Below are positions 40,930 through 51,494 of a DNA stretch of 64,000 bases, in pieces. The DNA comes from an uncultured Gammaproteobacteria bacterium (GTDB taxonomy: Bacteria; Patescibacteriota; Microgenomatia; Levybacterales; GWA1-39-11): positions 143,112 through 207,111 of the forward strand of contig CAZXND010000002.1 in NCBI GenBank assembly GCA_964641355.1. The letters run 5' to 3'. Position 1 is the first letter of the stretch. The number at the start of each line of letters is the position of its first letter. The position numbers and the translations under genes are program-made. The notes beneath the pieces are model-generated. The model made no database searches, was not told the DNA's origin, and worked only from the letters and a program-made list of their open reading frames with translations.

Positions 40930-42589
40930 AACTCTTTAAAAAAACTAAAACTCCATAAATTAAAAAAATTACAATGCCTATAGCGCTTACAATATTTGAT
41001 AACAATCTTAATTTTGTTTCCGTAAATAGCAGCTTTAAACTGTGGGTTCCTTTATTCACATCAAAAGTAATAAGACCTCTACTATTCGGATCTTGGAATT
41101 GGGGATTAATCATCTGATTATCTAAAAAGACTTTCCAACCTGGAAAAAATAACGTATTCTCTCTAATCCTGGAATTTTCTTTTGCATTTATTTTATAGGT
41201 ATGATCTGTGCTCGTTCTTTTTTTCTGTACCAATTCTCCAGAACCACTAACAAATTCTATATTGGCTTTTGCCTTTTTCTCCATAAATCTAATCGACCAA
41301 ATGGGAGCACTTTCTCCAGTGTCTGTCGTTCCAAAATATATATTCTTATAAACAGAATCATTTTCTAATAAATATCCATTAGCTTTCCATTGATAAGAAT
41401 CAAATACTAAAATTGAAACGAATATAATCATGATAAGAAAAATGGTTCTTTTTGCACTCTTAATAAATACGAATGGGATTGCTCCTAGGAAAGATGTTGT
41501 AAATATTGTTACTGATAGAAATCTCCATGGAAACTGAAATTTTTGCAAAACCGTTAAAGTTTTCCATATTAGAACAGACTCCTTCGTCATTAAAAATAGA
41601 GAAAAAATACAGTAAATGAACATAAATAGAGAGAGTATAAAAAGGTTTTTATACTTAGTTCTATTTTTTGTAATAAGGCAAACTCCCAGAAAAACAAGTA
41701 ATACATGAATCCAACCTAATTGAAAACTAAAGTTTGGACTTCCTGAAAAACTCCAATCTGTTATAAAAAACCTATTCCAAGTTATAAAATGATTAAGATA
41801 ATCTTTTCCAGTAACAATATCTCTGAGTGTATATTTTCCTTCAAAAAAAGCTGGAATTAAAAAAAACGATGAAAGAATAAATCCAGAGAAGATAGAAAAA
41901 GTACTTATGAAAAATATTTTTACTTTATGATCAGATATTAAAACTAAAAAAAACACACTAAATAATACTATTGGTAAAAACATTATAGTTAAAGCGTTAT
42001 GAGATAAAATAAGAGAAGCAAAAGAAAAAGAAGATAGAAGTATTAAAAAATAAATTTTTCTATTCAATAAATCCAATTTTTCATTTTTTTGAATTTTAAA
42101 TAAAAAATAGAGCAAAAAAGGTAAGAAGACAAAAGATACGTGTTCACCAATAGCTCCTCTCACATATATATCTACGAATCTGTATGGTGCAGATAAATAG
42201 AGAACTCCTGATACTAAACCAGCAAATCTATTTCCAAAAACATTTTTAGTCCATAAGTACATCCCTATCCCACTCATAATGTAAGAAGAGAAAAATACAA
42301 GTTTATACGAGTCAGGGATAGAAAATCCTAGAAAAATAAATAACGAAGCTATATATGACGGTAGAGGATAAAGAAACATTAAGATTGGATGCCCATATCC
42401 CCAGTTTAAATTTCCTGCCCACCGTGGGATTATATTTCCGTCCGACAAGCTTTGATAAAAATTAGCGATTCTTGCCAAATGGTCTTTTCCGTCGTGGGTT
42501 AGAGGAATCCCTTGATTCAATAATGGTAATAGAACAAAAATTGAAAAAATTAAGAGCACAATAACTTCTACAAAATTCGTGCGTGACAT
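40913..42589 (-). CDS. GT-C-fold membrane protein, 'PTPS-related' family
   Basis: THDGKDHLAR, PRWAGNLNWGYGHP, DIYVRGAIGE, QFPWR, FFPGW; ATG at 42589. Confidence 0.75.
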   Translation of the reverse strand: MSRTNFVEVIVLLIFSIFVLLPLLNQGIPLTHDGKDHLARIANFYQSLSDGNIIPRWAGNLNWGYGHPILMFLYPLPSYIASLFIFLGFSIPDSYKLVFFSSYIMSGIGMYLWTKNVFGNRFAGLVSGVLYLSAPYRFVDIYVRGAIGEHVSFVFLPFLLYFLFKIQKNEKLDLLNRKIYFLILLSSFSFASLILSHNALTIMFLPIVLFSVFFLVLISDHKVKIFFISTFSIFSGFILSSFFLIPAFFEGKYTLRDIVTGKDYLNHFITWNRFFITDWSFSGSPNFSFQLGWIHVLLVFLGVCLITKNRTKYKNLFILSLFMFIYCIFSLFLMTKESVLIWKTLTVLQKFQFPWRFLSVTIFTTSFLGAIPFVFIKSAKRTIFLIMIIFVSILVFDSYQWKANGYLLENDSVYKNIYFGTTDTGESAPIWSIRFMEKKAKANIEFVSGSGELVQKKRTSTDHTYKINAKENSRIRENTLFFPGWKVFLDNQMINPQFQDPNSRGLITFDVNKGTHSLKLLFTETKLRLLSNIVSAIGIVIFLIYGVLVFLKSYVKSN

Positions 42590-42591
42590 AT

Positions 42592-43491
42592 TCAACTATA
42601 ACTTCCTTTTCCAAACTTTCTTATGAAAAAATCTATTGCACCTACTCGCTGCCATTTCCTACCAGATATAATCAAACTAATTCCCTCTTTTATCAGAAAA
42701 AGCTTGCTTTTGATCGGTGCAAATTTAATTCCAAAAAGCAGTCTATTTCGAGTAATATAATAATCTTGAAGAGATGAACCAGAGCCACCAGAAGACGATG
42801 CATTACTATGCCAAATTATTGCACGAGGTACAAAAATAATTTTATAACCTAAATTTTTAAATCTCATTGATAAATCAGTATCTTCATAATAAAGAAAATA
42901 CTTTTCATCAAATAAGCCTACCCTTTTGAGTGCGCTTTTTTTTATTAACATGCAACATCCTGATGCAAAATCAGTTTCTCCACCACTGTATTGATCTATA
43001 TCAACTTCATCAACTCCTCTATGCTCGCCCATTACAGTGTTCCAATTCATTATTCCTCCTGCGTACCAAATAACTTTCCCTAATTGGTTTTTTTGGTATC
43101 GAGATTTATGGAATTCACTTCCTTCAGAAAAGTAAATCTTTGGAGAAGCAATCCCTGTATCTTCATTTTGAAATGATGAAAGAAGATAATTAATAGAGCT
43201 TGACTCCAAGATTGTGTCATTGTTAAGAACTAAAATATAATCCGCTTTATTTAAAATTTTTTTTATAATTAAATTATGCCCACTAGCAAAACCAAGATTT
43301 TTTTCGCTCTTTATAACTTCCAAATTCAAGGAATATTCCTGCTCTTTCAATTCAAATTCATCTGAAGCATTATCTAGAAGATAAACAAACAAGCTTACAT
43401 CTTTGTTAAGCTTGAGATTCTGAATAGAATCAAGACATTTTTTCGTAGCTAAAAGGCTATTATAATTTATTAATGAAATATATAAATTCAT
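42592..43491 (-). CDS. GT2, WbbL/rhamnosyltransferase-like
   Basis: DNAS, NLGFASGHN, LNNDT, SGCCML, FDEKYFLYYEDTD, YYITRNR. Confidence 0.87.
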   Translation of the reverse strand: MNLYISLINYNSLLATKKCLDSIQNLKLNKDVSLFVYLLDNASDEFELKEQEYSLNLEVIKSEKNLGFASGHNLIIKKILNKADYILVLNNDTILESSSINYLLSSFQNEDTGIASPKIYFSEGSEFHKSRYQKNQLGKVIWYAGGIMNWNTVMGEHRGVDEVDIDQYSGGETDFASGCCMLIKKSALKRVGLFDEKYFLYYEDTDLSMRFKNLGYKIIFVPRAIIWHSNASSSGGSGSSLQDYYITRNRLLFGIKFAPIKSKLFLIKEGISLIISGRKWQRVGAIDFFIRKFGKGSYS

Positions 43492-43496
43492 TTAAA

Positions 43497-44399
43497 TTAG
43501 AGAGGCAATTTCTTTTTTACATTCCAGAAAACTTTTTTAATTCTATTCTTCTCTCTTTTTCTCTTTTCTTCATAAATCCAAAATCTGATTTCTTTTGCTG
43601 AATCTCTACTCCCTAATTCAAAGTCATAAAGAGAATCATTGGTAGATTCAAATCCTTGACTTTCCCAAACTCTTGATAAAACAATTAAGTGGTAAAAAGC
43701 CATGAATAATGACAGAACCAAACCGTGAATACCATCTTTATATCCATGTTGATAAAAAAATCTTCTGACGAACTCTGACGCTGGATTTCTTATAAAGTCC
43801 GAACGGTTTAATTTATAACCGGAGCGAATTAAATTTTCCGATTCAGATGGTGTATAGATCCTATTGAGCTTATCAAGAAATTGGGTAATTGTTTCATAAT
43901 TCAAGTGTAATATATTTTCATTTAGTGTGCCTGTCTCTCCGCTTACCTCAATCATTTCATGTACATGTTTTTCGGGAAATTTTCCAGATCCATTTTTAAA
44001 CAGTCTAAGTTGATAATCAGGATACCAACCCGTATGCTCTATCCATTTTCCAAATATTATGTTTTTTCTTGGGATATTGTACGCGTTAAAATCCATCTTA
44101 TGTCTCAGTATGTTTTTGATTTCTTGCCTCAACTCCTCTGTCACCCTTTCATCTGCATCTAACGATAGAATAAAATCTCCTTTTGCTTTTGAAAAACCAA
44201 AATTTTTATTTACATTTAACATTAAATTATTATCTCTTTTAAATATATTCTTTGTATACTCAGAGGCGATTTCATAAGTTTTATCACTCGAAGAATTATC
44301 AATTACAATAACCTCGTCTGCAAACTTAACTGACTCAAGACAGTCTTTAATTTTCTTTTCTTCGTTAAAAGCCGATATTACTACAGATAGAGTTCTCAT
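43497..44399 (-). CDS. GT2, WaaE/KdtX-like beta-glucosyltransferase subfamily
   Basis: FNEE, DNSSSDKT, LDADE, PRKNIIFGKW, WYPDYQLRLF, VHE. Confidence 0.87.
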   Translation of the reverse strand: MRTLSVVISAFNEEKKIKDCLESVKFADEVIVIDNSSSDKTYEIASEYTKNIFKRDNNLMLNVNKNFGFSKAKGDFILSLDADERVTEELRQEIKNILRHKMDFNAYNIPRKNIIFGKWIEHTGWYPDYQLRLFKNGSGKFPEKHVHEMIEVSGETGTLNENILHLNYETITQFLDKLNRIYTPSESENLIRSGYKLNRSDFIRNPASEFVRRFFYQHGYKDGIHGLVLSLFMAFYHLIVLSRVWESQGFESTNDSLYDFELGSRDSAKEIRFWIYEEKRKREKNRIKKVFWNVKKKLPL

Positions 44400-45850
44400 T
44401 CTTTAATTGACCGTTTCACAAAGGTAAGAGTTTTTAGTAAATCATCTTTTGCTATCGCAAATAAAATTATACCGTAAAAAGTACCAGCAACAACTACCCA
44501 TAAAAGAAGAATATAAATATTAGTTAGAATCCCTCTAGTAAGCAAAATAAAGATACCCATAAGAAGAGCAGCAAAAAACTGCCTACCCACAGGTTTTATC
44601 AATGAAAATTCTACATGTTTCCTAGCAATTAGAATAACAAAGACTGAAGAGAGAGAAATTAAAAATGAAGCAAATGCTACGCCGTTATATCCTATTTTTT
44701 GTATAAAAAAGAAGGTTGCTATCCAAGTTGATATCGTCCAAAAAATCATAAAATTTAAAGTTGTTTTTACCTTTCCTATAGCATTAAGGAAATTTGTGAG
44801 AGGGGTTGAAATGGAAGAAAAAACTGTGTTTAAAGCAAAAAATGTCAAAGATAAAAGAGCAGGCTCCCATTTTTGATACCTCGGGATATATTCAATAAAA
44901 TACGGAGAAAGCAATATTATTCCAACTGCAGCGGGAAAAATAACAGAAGAAACTAGAAAAAGAGACTTCTCAATTGCAAGTCTAAGAGCGCTCTTATCAT
45001 GCTGAAGTCTACTATAAGAAGGGAATGTTATCCTAATTACGTTATCCATCACAAGCCTAAGTGGCATGAATGCCCATTTTTGAGAAAATCCTATAAATCC
45101 CACCTGAGAAAGCGGTAGGACCTTTCCAATATATACATTAAGCAAATCATCTTTAAACAATGCCAGAATACTATTGGTTTGAAATGGAATTCCAAATGTA
45201 AGCAATCTCTTCAAGACGCCTCTATCAAACGAGACTCCAATTTCCCAAGGTTGGATCCAATAAATTACAACTAAACCAAGAAAACTTCTAGCAAGCACTG
45301 CTATTGTAAAACTTGTTATACCAAAACCCGTCACCGCAAAAAATATAAGACAAAGATTGTAAATTAAATTTTCGGCAATTTCGGGTACAACAAGTTTATT
45401 AAAATCTAGTTTTCTTTCAAGAATTATTGTGGGAATAGTCTTTAGCGATGAAGCAAAAAATGAAATTAATAATGCATTGAACAAAATTATTCCAGAATTA
45501 TTCAAATGATAAAAATGACCAATTTTAGACGAAAAAACTGCTGCTGGAACAATCAATGATAATACTAATATTTGTTGGATTGTAAAAGTTGTTCTTAAGT
45601 CTTTTACTGTTGGCTCTTCTTTCATCTGAATAAGAGACGCCGCCAAACCAATATCTTGAAAATAGTTAAGAAATACAACTATTGAAGAAACAACAAAAAA
45701 GATTCCAAAACTCTTAGGGTCAAGAAAAATTGTTAAAACCAGGCTAGCAATTACAGAAAGAATTTGTATTAAAAAGGTCCTTGAAACCAAAGCAAATACA
45801 CCCTTAACCGACTTTTTTGCAATTAGCTCTAATTCTAATTCTTCTTCCAT
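44396..45850 (-). CDS. Oligosaccharide flippase (Wzx/WzxC, PST family)
   Basis: LDPKSFG, DIGLAASLIQ, LERKLDF, FPSYSRLQ; 12-14 hydrophobic segments. Confidence 0.85.
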   Translation of the reverse strand: MEEELELELIAKKSVKGVFALVSRTFLIQILSVIASLVLTIFLDPKSFGIFFVVSSIVVFLNYFQDIGLAASLIQMKEEPTVKDLRTTFTIQQILVLSLIVPAAVFSSKIGHFYHLNNSGIILFNALLISFFASSLKTIPTIILERKLDFNKLVVPEIAENLIYNLCLIFFAVTGFGITSFTIAVLARSFLGLVVIYWIQPWEIGVSFDRGVLKRLLTFGIPFQTNSILALFKDDLLNVYIGKVLPLSQVGFIGFSQKWAFMPLRLVMDNVIRITFPSYSRLQHDKSALRLAIEKSLFLVSSVIFPAAVGIILLSPYFIEYIPRYQKWEPALLSLTFFALNTVFSSISTPLTNFLNAIGKVKTTLNFMIFWTISTWIATFFFIQKIGYNGVAFASFLISLSSVFVILIARKHVEFSLIKPVGRQFFAALLMGIFILLTRGILTNIYILLLWVVVAGTFYGIILFAIAKDDLLKTLTFVKRSIKE

Positions 45851-45876
45851 GAATATCCAACGCTTAGTGTGTACCT

Positions 45877-46590
45877 TTAAAATCTTTTATTCTTCAAGTC
45901 CCACCAGAGAATAAAACTTTCAAGTACCGCCCTAATAATTACAGGGATATTTCCTCCGCTTTGATTGCCAAACTTACGAGGCAAGTGATTTACCTCGACT
46001 TGAGCGATCTTAAGTTTTTTTCTCTTTGCTTTAGCTAAAATTTCTGTTGTAATCATTGCCCCTTCAGATCTTAATGGCATTATCTCTTTTACTGCGTGTT
46101 GAGTAAACATCTTAAAACCACAATCGATATCTTTAAAATAAAAACCGAAAAATATAAAATCCCACACCTTCAACATGTTCATTAATAGGTGCCGAACAAG
46201 ATTGTCTTTTCTACTACTTCTAAAACCTATTACCATATCGTTGGTTTTTATTTTATCAATAAACTTTATGACTTCTGAGAAATCGAATTGACCATCACCA
46301 TCATTAAAGACTATGTATTTATAGGAAGAATTATTAAAACCTTCTTTTAGAGCAGCCCCGTAACCTCTGTTTGGACTATGTGAAATCACCTTTAGATTTT
46401 TGTTCTTTTTCTCCCATTCAATTGCCTTTTTAAGCGTCCCGTCGCTTGAACCATCGTCTATCAGGACTATCTCCCACTTATTTGCGATTTTATCGGCAAC
46501 TACGATCGCCTTTCCAACAACTTCATCTATATTTTTTTCCTCATTCCAAAATGGAAAAAAGATGGATAGTTCAGATAATTTTCCCGGCAT
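45877..46590 (-). CDS. GT2, polyprenol-phosphate sugar synthase-like (DPM/DPG)
   Basis: PFWNEE, DDGSSD, NRGYGAAL, NDGDGQF, IGFR, DIDCGFK; ATG at 46590 overlaps the upstream TAA. Confidence 0.83.
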   Translation of the reverse strand: MPGKLSELSIFFPFWNEEKNIDEVVGKAIVVADKIANKWEIVLIDDGSSDGTLKKAIEWEKKNKNLKVISHSPNRGYGAALKEGFNNSSYKYIVFNDGDGQFDFSEVIKFIDKIKTNDMVIGFRSSRKDNLVRHLLMNMLKVWDFIFFGFYFKDIDCGFKMFTQHAVKEIMPLRSEGAMITTEILAKAKRKKLKIAQVEVNHLPRKFGNQSGGNIPVIIRAVLESFILWWDLKNKRF

Positions 46591-48281
46591 TAGCTTATTC
46601 TCCTTAAAAAAGGCCATCTAATTATACCAATAATAATTGTTAAAATAGTAACTAAAGAAATTAAATTAGATATATTTTCCAAAAGCGTTTGTCTAATCTT
46701 TAAAGAGATATTATAACTTCCATTCGTTAAATCAACATAAAGTCCATCATTTTTTATTTTAAAAGTTGTGTTTCTATCATTAACCTTCAAATCCCAAGAA
46801 TGAGAAGGAGTTCTATTTATTCGTATAGTTGCATTATCTTCCAAATTAATTACCCCACTTACACCTATCTTGTCCTCTTGCTTAATTTTAAGCTGAGCTT
46901 CTCCAGAAACAATTTCTATAGGGTTTTTCGGTATTTGATGCTCTGAATTAGGTTTTATAAAATTTTTTGGTAAATATTCATCAGATATTTTTGAAACATT
47001 CCAAAGAAGATAAGAGTTATTTGTGTAATAGTTTACATCCTTTAAATACAAAAATTGAGGCGTAAATAATTTACTATTATTATAGATAGTTAACCCAATG
47101 ACTAAAACCGTTAAGGCAAAGATCAAAAATCTACTTTTAATAAACCAGAAAGCCTCTACAAATATAAAACCTACAATTACTGAGACGAATAAAGAAGTGA
47201 AATTTAAGAATCTCCAAGGATACTGAAGAAAAGAAGCAAATGGAATTGTTCGCCATATTATTTCCGAAACAGAGGACATCATAAAAATAGAAATGAACAG
47301 AGAAAATATAGAAAAAACAACGAACATATTTTTTCGAGTTTCGTTGAACTTTATTAACGATATGACTAGAGAAAGAATTACTAGTGCAATATTCAATTTT
47401 CCAAGCCTAAAGCTCATTCCATCAATGCAACCTGGCGCAGAACCTCCAAAACCCCAAGTACTTTCCCAAAATTGACTCAAGCATACAAAATGGTCTTTAA
47501 AATTTGCTCCTCCACCTATTTGAGAACTGAGGTTAGTACTGGACGACTCAAAAACCGCAGGTAAAGAATAAAAGGATGATGCCAAAAGTCCCCCAATACA
47601 TGCAGCAGAGACAAGAACTAGATATTTCTTCTTCTTTTTCGTATAGAATACAGAAATAGCTACAAAGATTAACAAAAAGAATAAAAGCATAAAAGACGTG
47701 AGATTATGAGATATTATTACCAAAAAAAGGAAGATTGAAGTAATCAAACTCCATCTCACATTGTGGGTTTTAAAAATCTTCATCATTCCGAAAAATACAA
47801 GCGGAATAAACGAATATGCCCAAAGCTCATCCAAATCCCCTCTAACATAAATATTAAGGGCATGATATGGGAAATATAGATACACAACGGATGATACTAT
47901 TCCAGAAAGAGTGCCGAATAAGTCTTTTACTAGAATAAACATCGACATTCCAGACAATATAATTGCTAAAATAAAAACTAGCTTGGTAGAAATAAGCGCA
48001 TTAAATCCTAAAATATTTAGTATTCCACCAATATAGTATGGGAAGGGAGAATAGAAATTAAAAATTGGGTAACCATAACCATATCCCAAATCCTCAACCC
48101 ATCTTACAGGGAATACACCCCTTTTTAACTCTTTCCCCATTTCATAAACTCTTGCTACCTGCGTATCATCATGGATTGAAAAAAAACCTTTTTGAAAAAA
48201 GGGTAAAAAAGTGATAACACTTATTATTAAAATAAGAAAAAAAGCCAAATATAACTTGTACGTATTATTGATAAATCTCAT
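46590..48281 (-). CDS. GT-C-fold membrane protein, 'PTPS-related' family
   Basis: IHDDTQVAR, FPVRWVEDLGYGYGYPIFNFYSP, YVRGDLDE, SHN, QYPWR. Confidence 0.75.
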   Translation of the reverse strand: MRFINNTYKLYLAFFLILIISVITFLPFFQKGFFSIHDDTQVARVYEMGKELKRGVFPVRWVEDLGYGYGYPIFNFYSPFPYYIGGILNILGFNALISTKLVFILAIILSGMSMFILVKDLFGTLSGIVSSVVYLYFPYHALNIYVRGDLDELWAYSFIPLVFFGMMKIFKTHNVRWSLITSIFLFLVIISHNLTSFMLLFFLLIFVAISVFYTKKKKKYLVLVSAACIGGLLASSFYSLPAVFESSSTNLSSQIGGGANFKDHFVCLSQFWESTWGFGGSAPGCIDGMSFRLGKLNIALVILSLVISLIKFNETRKNMFVVFSIFSLFISIFMMSSVSEIIWRTIPFASFLQYPWRFLNFTSLFVSVIVGFIFVEAFWFIKSRFLIFALTVLVIGLTIYNNSKLFTPQFLYLKDVNYYTNNSYLLWNVSKISDEYLPKNFIKPNSEHQIPKNPIEIVSGEAQLKIKQEDKIGVSGVINLEDNATIRINRTPSHSWDLKVNDRNTTFKIKNDGLYVDLTNGSYNISLKIRQTLLENISNLISLVTILTIIIGIIRWPFLRRIS

Positions 48282-49840
48282 TTTTTCCCAAAATTGCTTT
48301 TTAAGCTTAGACCGATCAAAAAAAGAAAAGATAATAGAGTAATCAAATCGCTTATTAACCTGACCGGAGTTTCAATAAATTTTATCACAATACTGTTTAT
48401 TCCTGGAGGTATTTTAAACTCAATTAATCCTAAATCATTTTGGTAATTAATCTTAGTATTCTTATCATTTACTCGAACTATCCACCCTGGAAAATAGATT
48501 ATATTTATTCTAATGCTTACAGGGGTCTCAGAAGAACTTCTAAAACTTATTAGGTTTTGATTTATAAATAAATTTGATATATGTGAATCGCCATTTAAAA
48601 TTTCTATTTTATCTTTATAATGACTATTCACCCTACGCTTTGACCAAATTGGCATATATTCATCTCTTACTGTTGTTGTCCCTTCATTCGTTGAATAGAA
48701 TCCTTCCTCTTTACCAAAAAACTCTTTTGGAAATACGTATCTAATTGATGAAATTAAAGTTAAAATAATTAAAAATATTCCCAGAATTAATAAATATTTT
48801 TTTTGAAAACGAGAAATCACAAAAGAAGTTAGAAATGCCATAGATATAATTGTTAGAGACAAAAACCTAAAGGGAAATTGAACAAATTCAACAGGAATCA
48901 CATTCCACAAAAATGAGCTCATTTTTATCGATAGGAATAAAGAGATAATGCTAAAAGCCAAAAACAAGATTGTCATTTTATTTTTACCTAATAAGTTTCT
49001 GCTCCAAAAAACTTGAAGTGCCGCGATTAACAAAATAAAAAGAGTTGAAATACCAATAATATCTAATCCCGCAAAATAACTCTTCCAATCAGAAACTGAA
49101 GTCTGATAAAAAATCGTATATTTTAAATCATAAATTGCTGGAAGAATAAAAAAACACGATAGGCCAAACCCTAAAATAAGAGATCCTGCAAACTTAATTA
49201 TTAACGGTCTCCTCTCGTTGCTATGTAAAACAGATAATAAAAGGTAGAAAAATAAAAGAAATAAAAATATGATCGACAACGTATTGTGTGAAAGAATCAA
49301 GAAGAATATTCCCAAACTAATCCAAAAAACACTTCTTCTTTCTACTTGCCAGAGAATAAATGGAATCACTGCAAAAGCAAAACACTCACCTATCGACCCG
49401 CGTTTTGTCAAATCATATAAATGATATGGTGCGTAGATATAATATAAGCTTCCAAAAAATGCTGGGATATCCTGAAACTTTCTTCTTAACCATAAAAAAG
49501 AAAAAACTCCTGATCCGAACATCGAAGAAATAAATATAATTTTTACTGAATCAACGAAATTGAATCCTAAAAGGTGTAATGGTGTAGCAATATACATGAA
49601 TCCTGGATAGAGAAAATTTGCGACGGGATAACCATAACCATAGTTGAGTCTTGACAAAAATCTGACCGGAAATTGACCGTCACGAAGAACTTGGAAAAAT
49701 GCAGAGAAACGAATAACCATCCACTCACCATCGTCACTTAAAAAGTACCCGGGTTTTATTAAAAATAGAACTGATGGAACAGTTAATAAAATCAAAAGAA
49801 GAAATAATCTTTGTTTTTTAATTAGATTCAACCACCACAT
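48278..49840 (-). CDS. GT-C-fold membrane protein, 'PTPS-related' family
   Basis: SDDGEWMVIR, FPVRFLSRLNYGYGYP, KRGSIGE, SHN, QFPFR, YFPGW; start near 49840 preferred over the track start at 49939. Confidence 0.75.
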   Translation of the reverse strand: MWWLNLIKKQRLFLLLILLTVPSVLFLIKPGYFLSDDGEWMVIRFSAFFQVLRDGQFPVRFLSRLNYGYGYPVANFLYPGFMYIATPLHLLGFNFVDSVKIIFISSMFGSGVFSFLWLRRKFQDIPAFFGSLYYIYAPYHLYDLTKRGSIGECFAFAVIPFILWQVERRSVFWISLGIFFLILSHNTLSIIFLFLLFFYLLLSVLHSNERRPLIIKFAGSLILGFGLSCFFILPAIYDLKYTIFYQTSVSDWKSYFAGLDIIGISTLFILLIAALQVFWSRNLLGKNKMTILFLAFSIISLFLSIKMSSFLWNVIPVEFVQFPFRFLSLTIISMAFLTSFVISRFQKKYLLILGIFLIILTLISSIRYVFPKEFFGKEEGFYSTNEGTTTVRDEYMPIWSKRRVNSHYKDKIEILNGDSHISNLFINQNLISFRSSSETPVSIRINIIYFPGWIVRVNDKNTKINYQNDLGLIEFKIPPGINSIVIKFIETPVRLISDLITLLSFLFLIGLSLKSNFGKK

Positions 49841-51494
49841 ATGCATTATCCGTAACTGGATATTCAAAAATCTTCTCTTTATCAGAGATGACAACAGGTC
49901 TTTGTGGAAAATCAAATGTAGCAAGAGTGTTAATCTCACGAGGTTTGTTTTCTTGATTCGTTACAATGAGTACTCCCTTTTTAAGGTCTTTTGTCCAATC
50001 AATATCCTTAAACTCATATTTTCCGAATGATTTTATCTCAGAAAAACCTTCAGAATCATCAGAAGCTCTTACAGAGGCGGTTTGAAAATTTTTTGGATCG
50101 TATTTATTGTAAAAGAGTAATGAGCTATAAATGAATCCTGATTTCTTGTCAAAAATTATTTTTTCATAACTGCTTTGATTGTTTTTTATAAACTCAGAAA
50201 GATTTTTATCTTCTTCCCTCCAGGCCTTTGCGTAAGCTATTGGAAATCTTACATAATAGGAAGTGAAATAATAAATTAAATTGTAAGTAAATATTAAAGA
50301 AATAACGACAATAGAAATTTTTCCCAAAAGTTTCAGATTAAGGAGATAATTCCAAATCGAAAGAATCCCTGCAGCCGAAAATATAGCAAGCGGAATAACT
50401 AGAAAAAAACTTCTAGTTGCATGTGGAGTCTCACGAGTTAACGCTGCGACTAAAACCACCAACACCGCCCATGATATAAGTAACTTTATCCATTTTGCTT
50501 TTACTTTGATAAGATGAATAATTCCCCAAGGTATAAACAAAAACTCAATTAAATAGAACTGACCCACATTTCCAATACCGTGATTACCATGATTAGATCC
50601 AGAAATAAAGAAAAATTGAGCAGAAAAGTAAGATGCAATATTGTTCAGATACTTCCAAACGATGGAAACATCAATACTAAAAAAAAGTTTTGAAAACCAA
50701 ACAGGATATGTAGCAAGATAACTTTTAAATTCTAATAAAGGCGCTTTTATTGAAGCGCTAGTTGTAATTAATGTTCCAGAAGCAGAATTAACACCTCCAC
50801 CCGAAAAAAAGGTAAAAATAAAAGGTAGAATTAACAAAAAAGAAGAAATAACTGTCACAGTCTTCCATTCTTTAGGAATTTTCGCTATATCATCTTTTTT
50901 ATAAAACAAAAAAATAACTAACAATAAAGGAGAAAGAAGTCTTGTAAGATTGTAGGTATACAAGTTTATTAAAAACAAAATTACTCCTAAAATAAAAAGG
51001 ACAAACTTTTTTTTCTCTATAGAATATAAAAATAACAGCCCACCAAATAGATACAGAAATAAAGCCACACTTACTTCGAACGTCGCCCGGTTATAATGTA
51101 GAGTCCACGGATTAACTGCGAAAAGAAAAGATGATACAAGAGATAAATTTTCATTTTTTGTGAGTTGTTTAACAAAAAAATATAGAATGATTACTGATAA
51201 AAATCCGCAAAAAGCAGAAGGAAATCTTACTGCAAAGGCAGTTATTCCAAATACAGCTTCAGAAAAAACGGTTGCATAGATATAGATTGGATGCTTCCAG
51301 TCTCCAAATGACTTAAAATACAAAGGGGAATTTTTACCATACTCATCCTTTCCAGTTTTAAGAATTGAATAGGCGTTATATCCTATTGCAGTTTCATCTT
51401 GATACAAACCAGTTGGTACTTCTCCAAGCTGATAAAACCGTAGAATAAATGCAAGAAGAATAATTCCAATAAAAATATATTTCCTAAAGTTCAT
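49818..51494 (-). CDS. GT-C membrane glycosyltransferase, PMT/ArnT-like
   Basis: QDETAIGYNAYSILKTGKDEYG, GDWKHP, NPWTLHYNRATFE, PHATR; ATG at 51494. Confidence 0.82.
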   Translation of the reverse strand: MNFRKYIFIGIILLAFILRFYQLGEVPTGLYQDETAIGYNAYSILKTGKDEYGKNSPLYFKSFGDWKHPIYIYATVFSEAVFGITAFAVRFPSAFCGFLSVIILYFFVKQLTKNENLSLVSSFLFAVNPWTLHYNRATFEVSVALFLYLFGGLLFLYSIEKKKFVLFILGVILFLINLYTYNLTRLLSPLLLVIFLFYKKDDIAKIPKEWKTVTVISSFLLILPFIFTFFSGGGVNSASGTLITTSASIKAPLLEFKSYLATYPVWFSKLFFSIDVSIVWKYLNNIASYFSAQFFFISGSNHGNHGIGNVGQFYLIEFLFIPWGIIHLIKVKAKWIKLLISWAVLVVLVAALTRETPHATRSFFLVIPLAIFSAAGILSIWNYLLNLKLLGKISIVVISLIFTYNLIYYFTSYYVRFPIAYAKAWREEDKNLSEFIKNNQSSYEKIIFDKKSGFIYSSLLFYNKYDPKNFQTASVRASDDSEGFSEIKSFGKYEFKDIDWTKDLKKGVLIVTNQENKPREINTLATFDFPQRPVVISDKEKIFEYPVTDNAYVVVESN

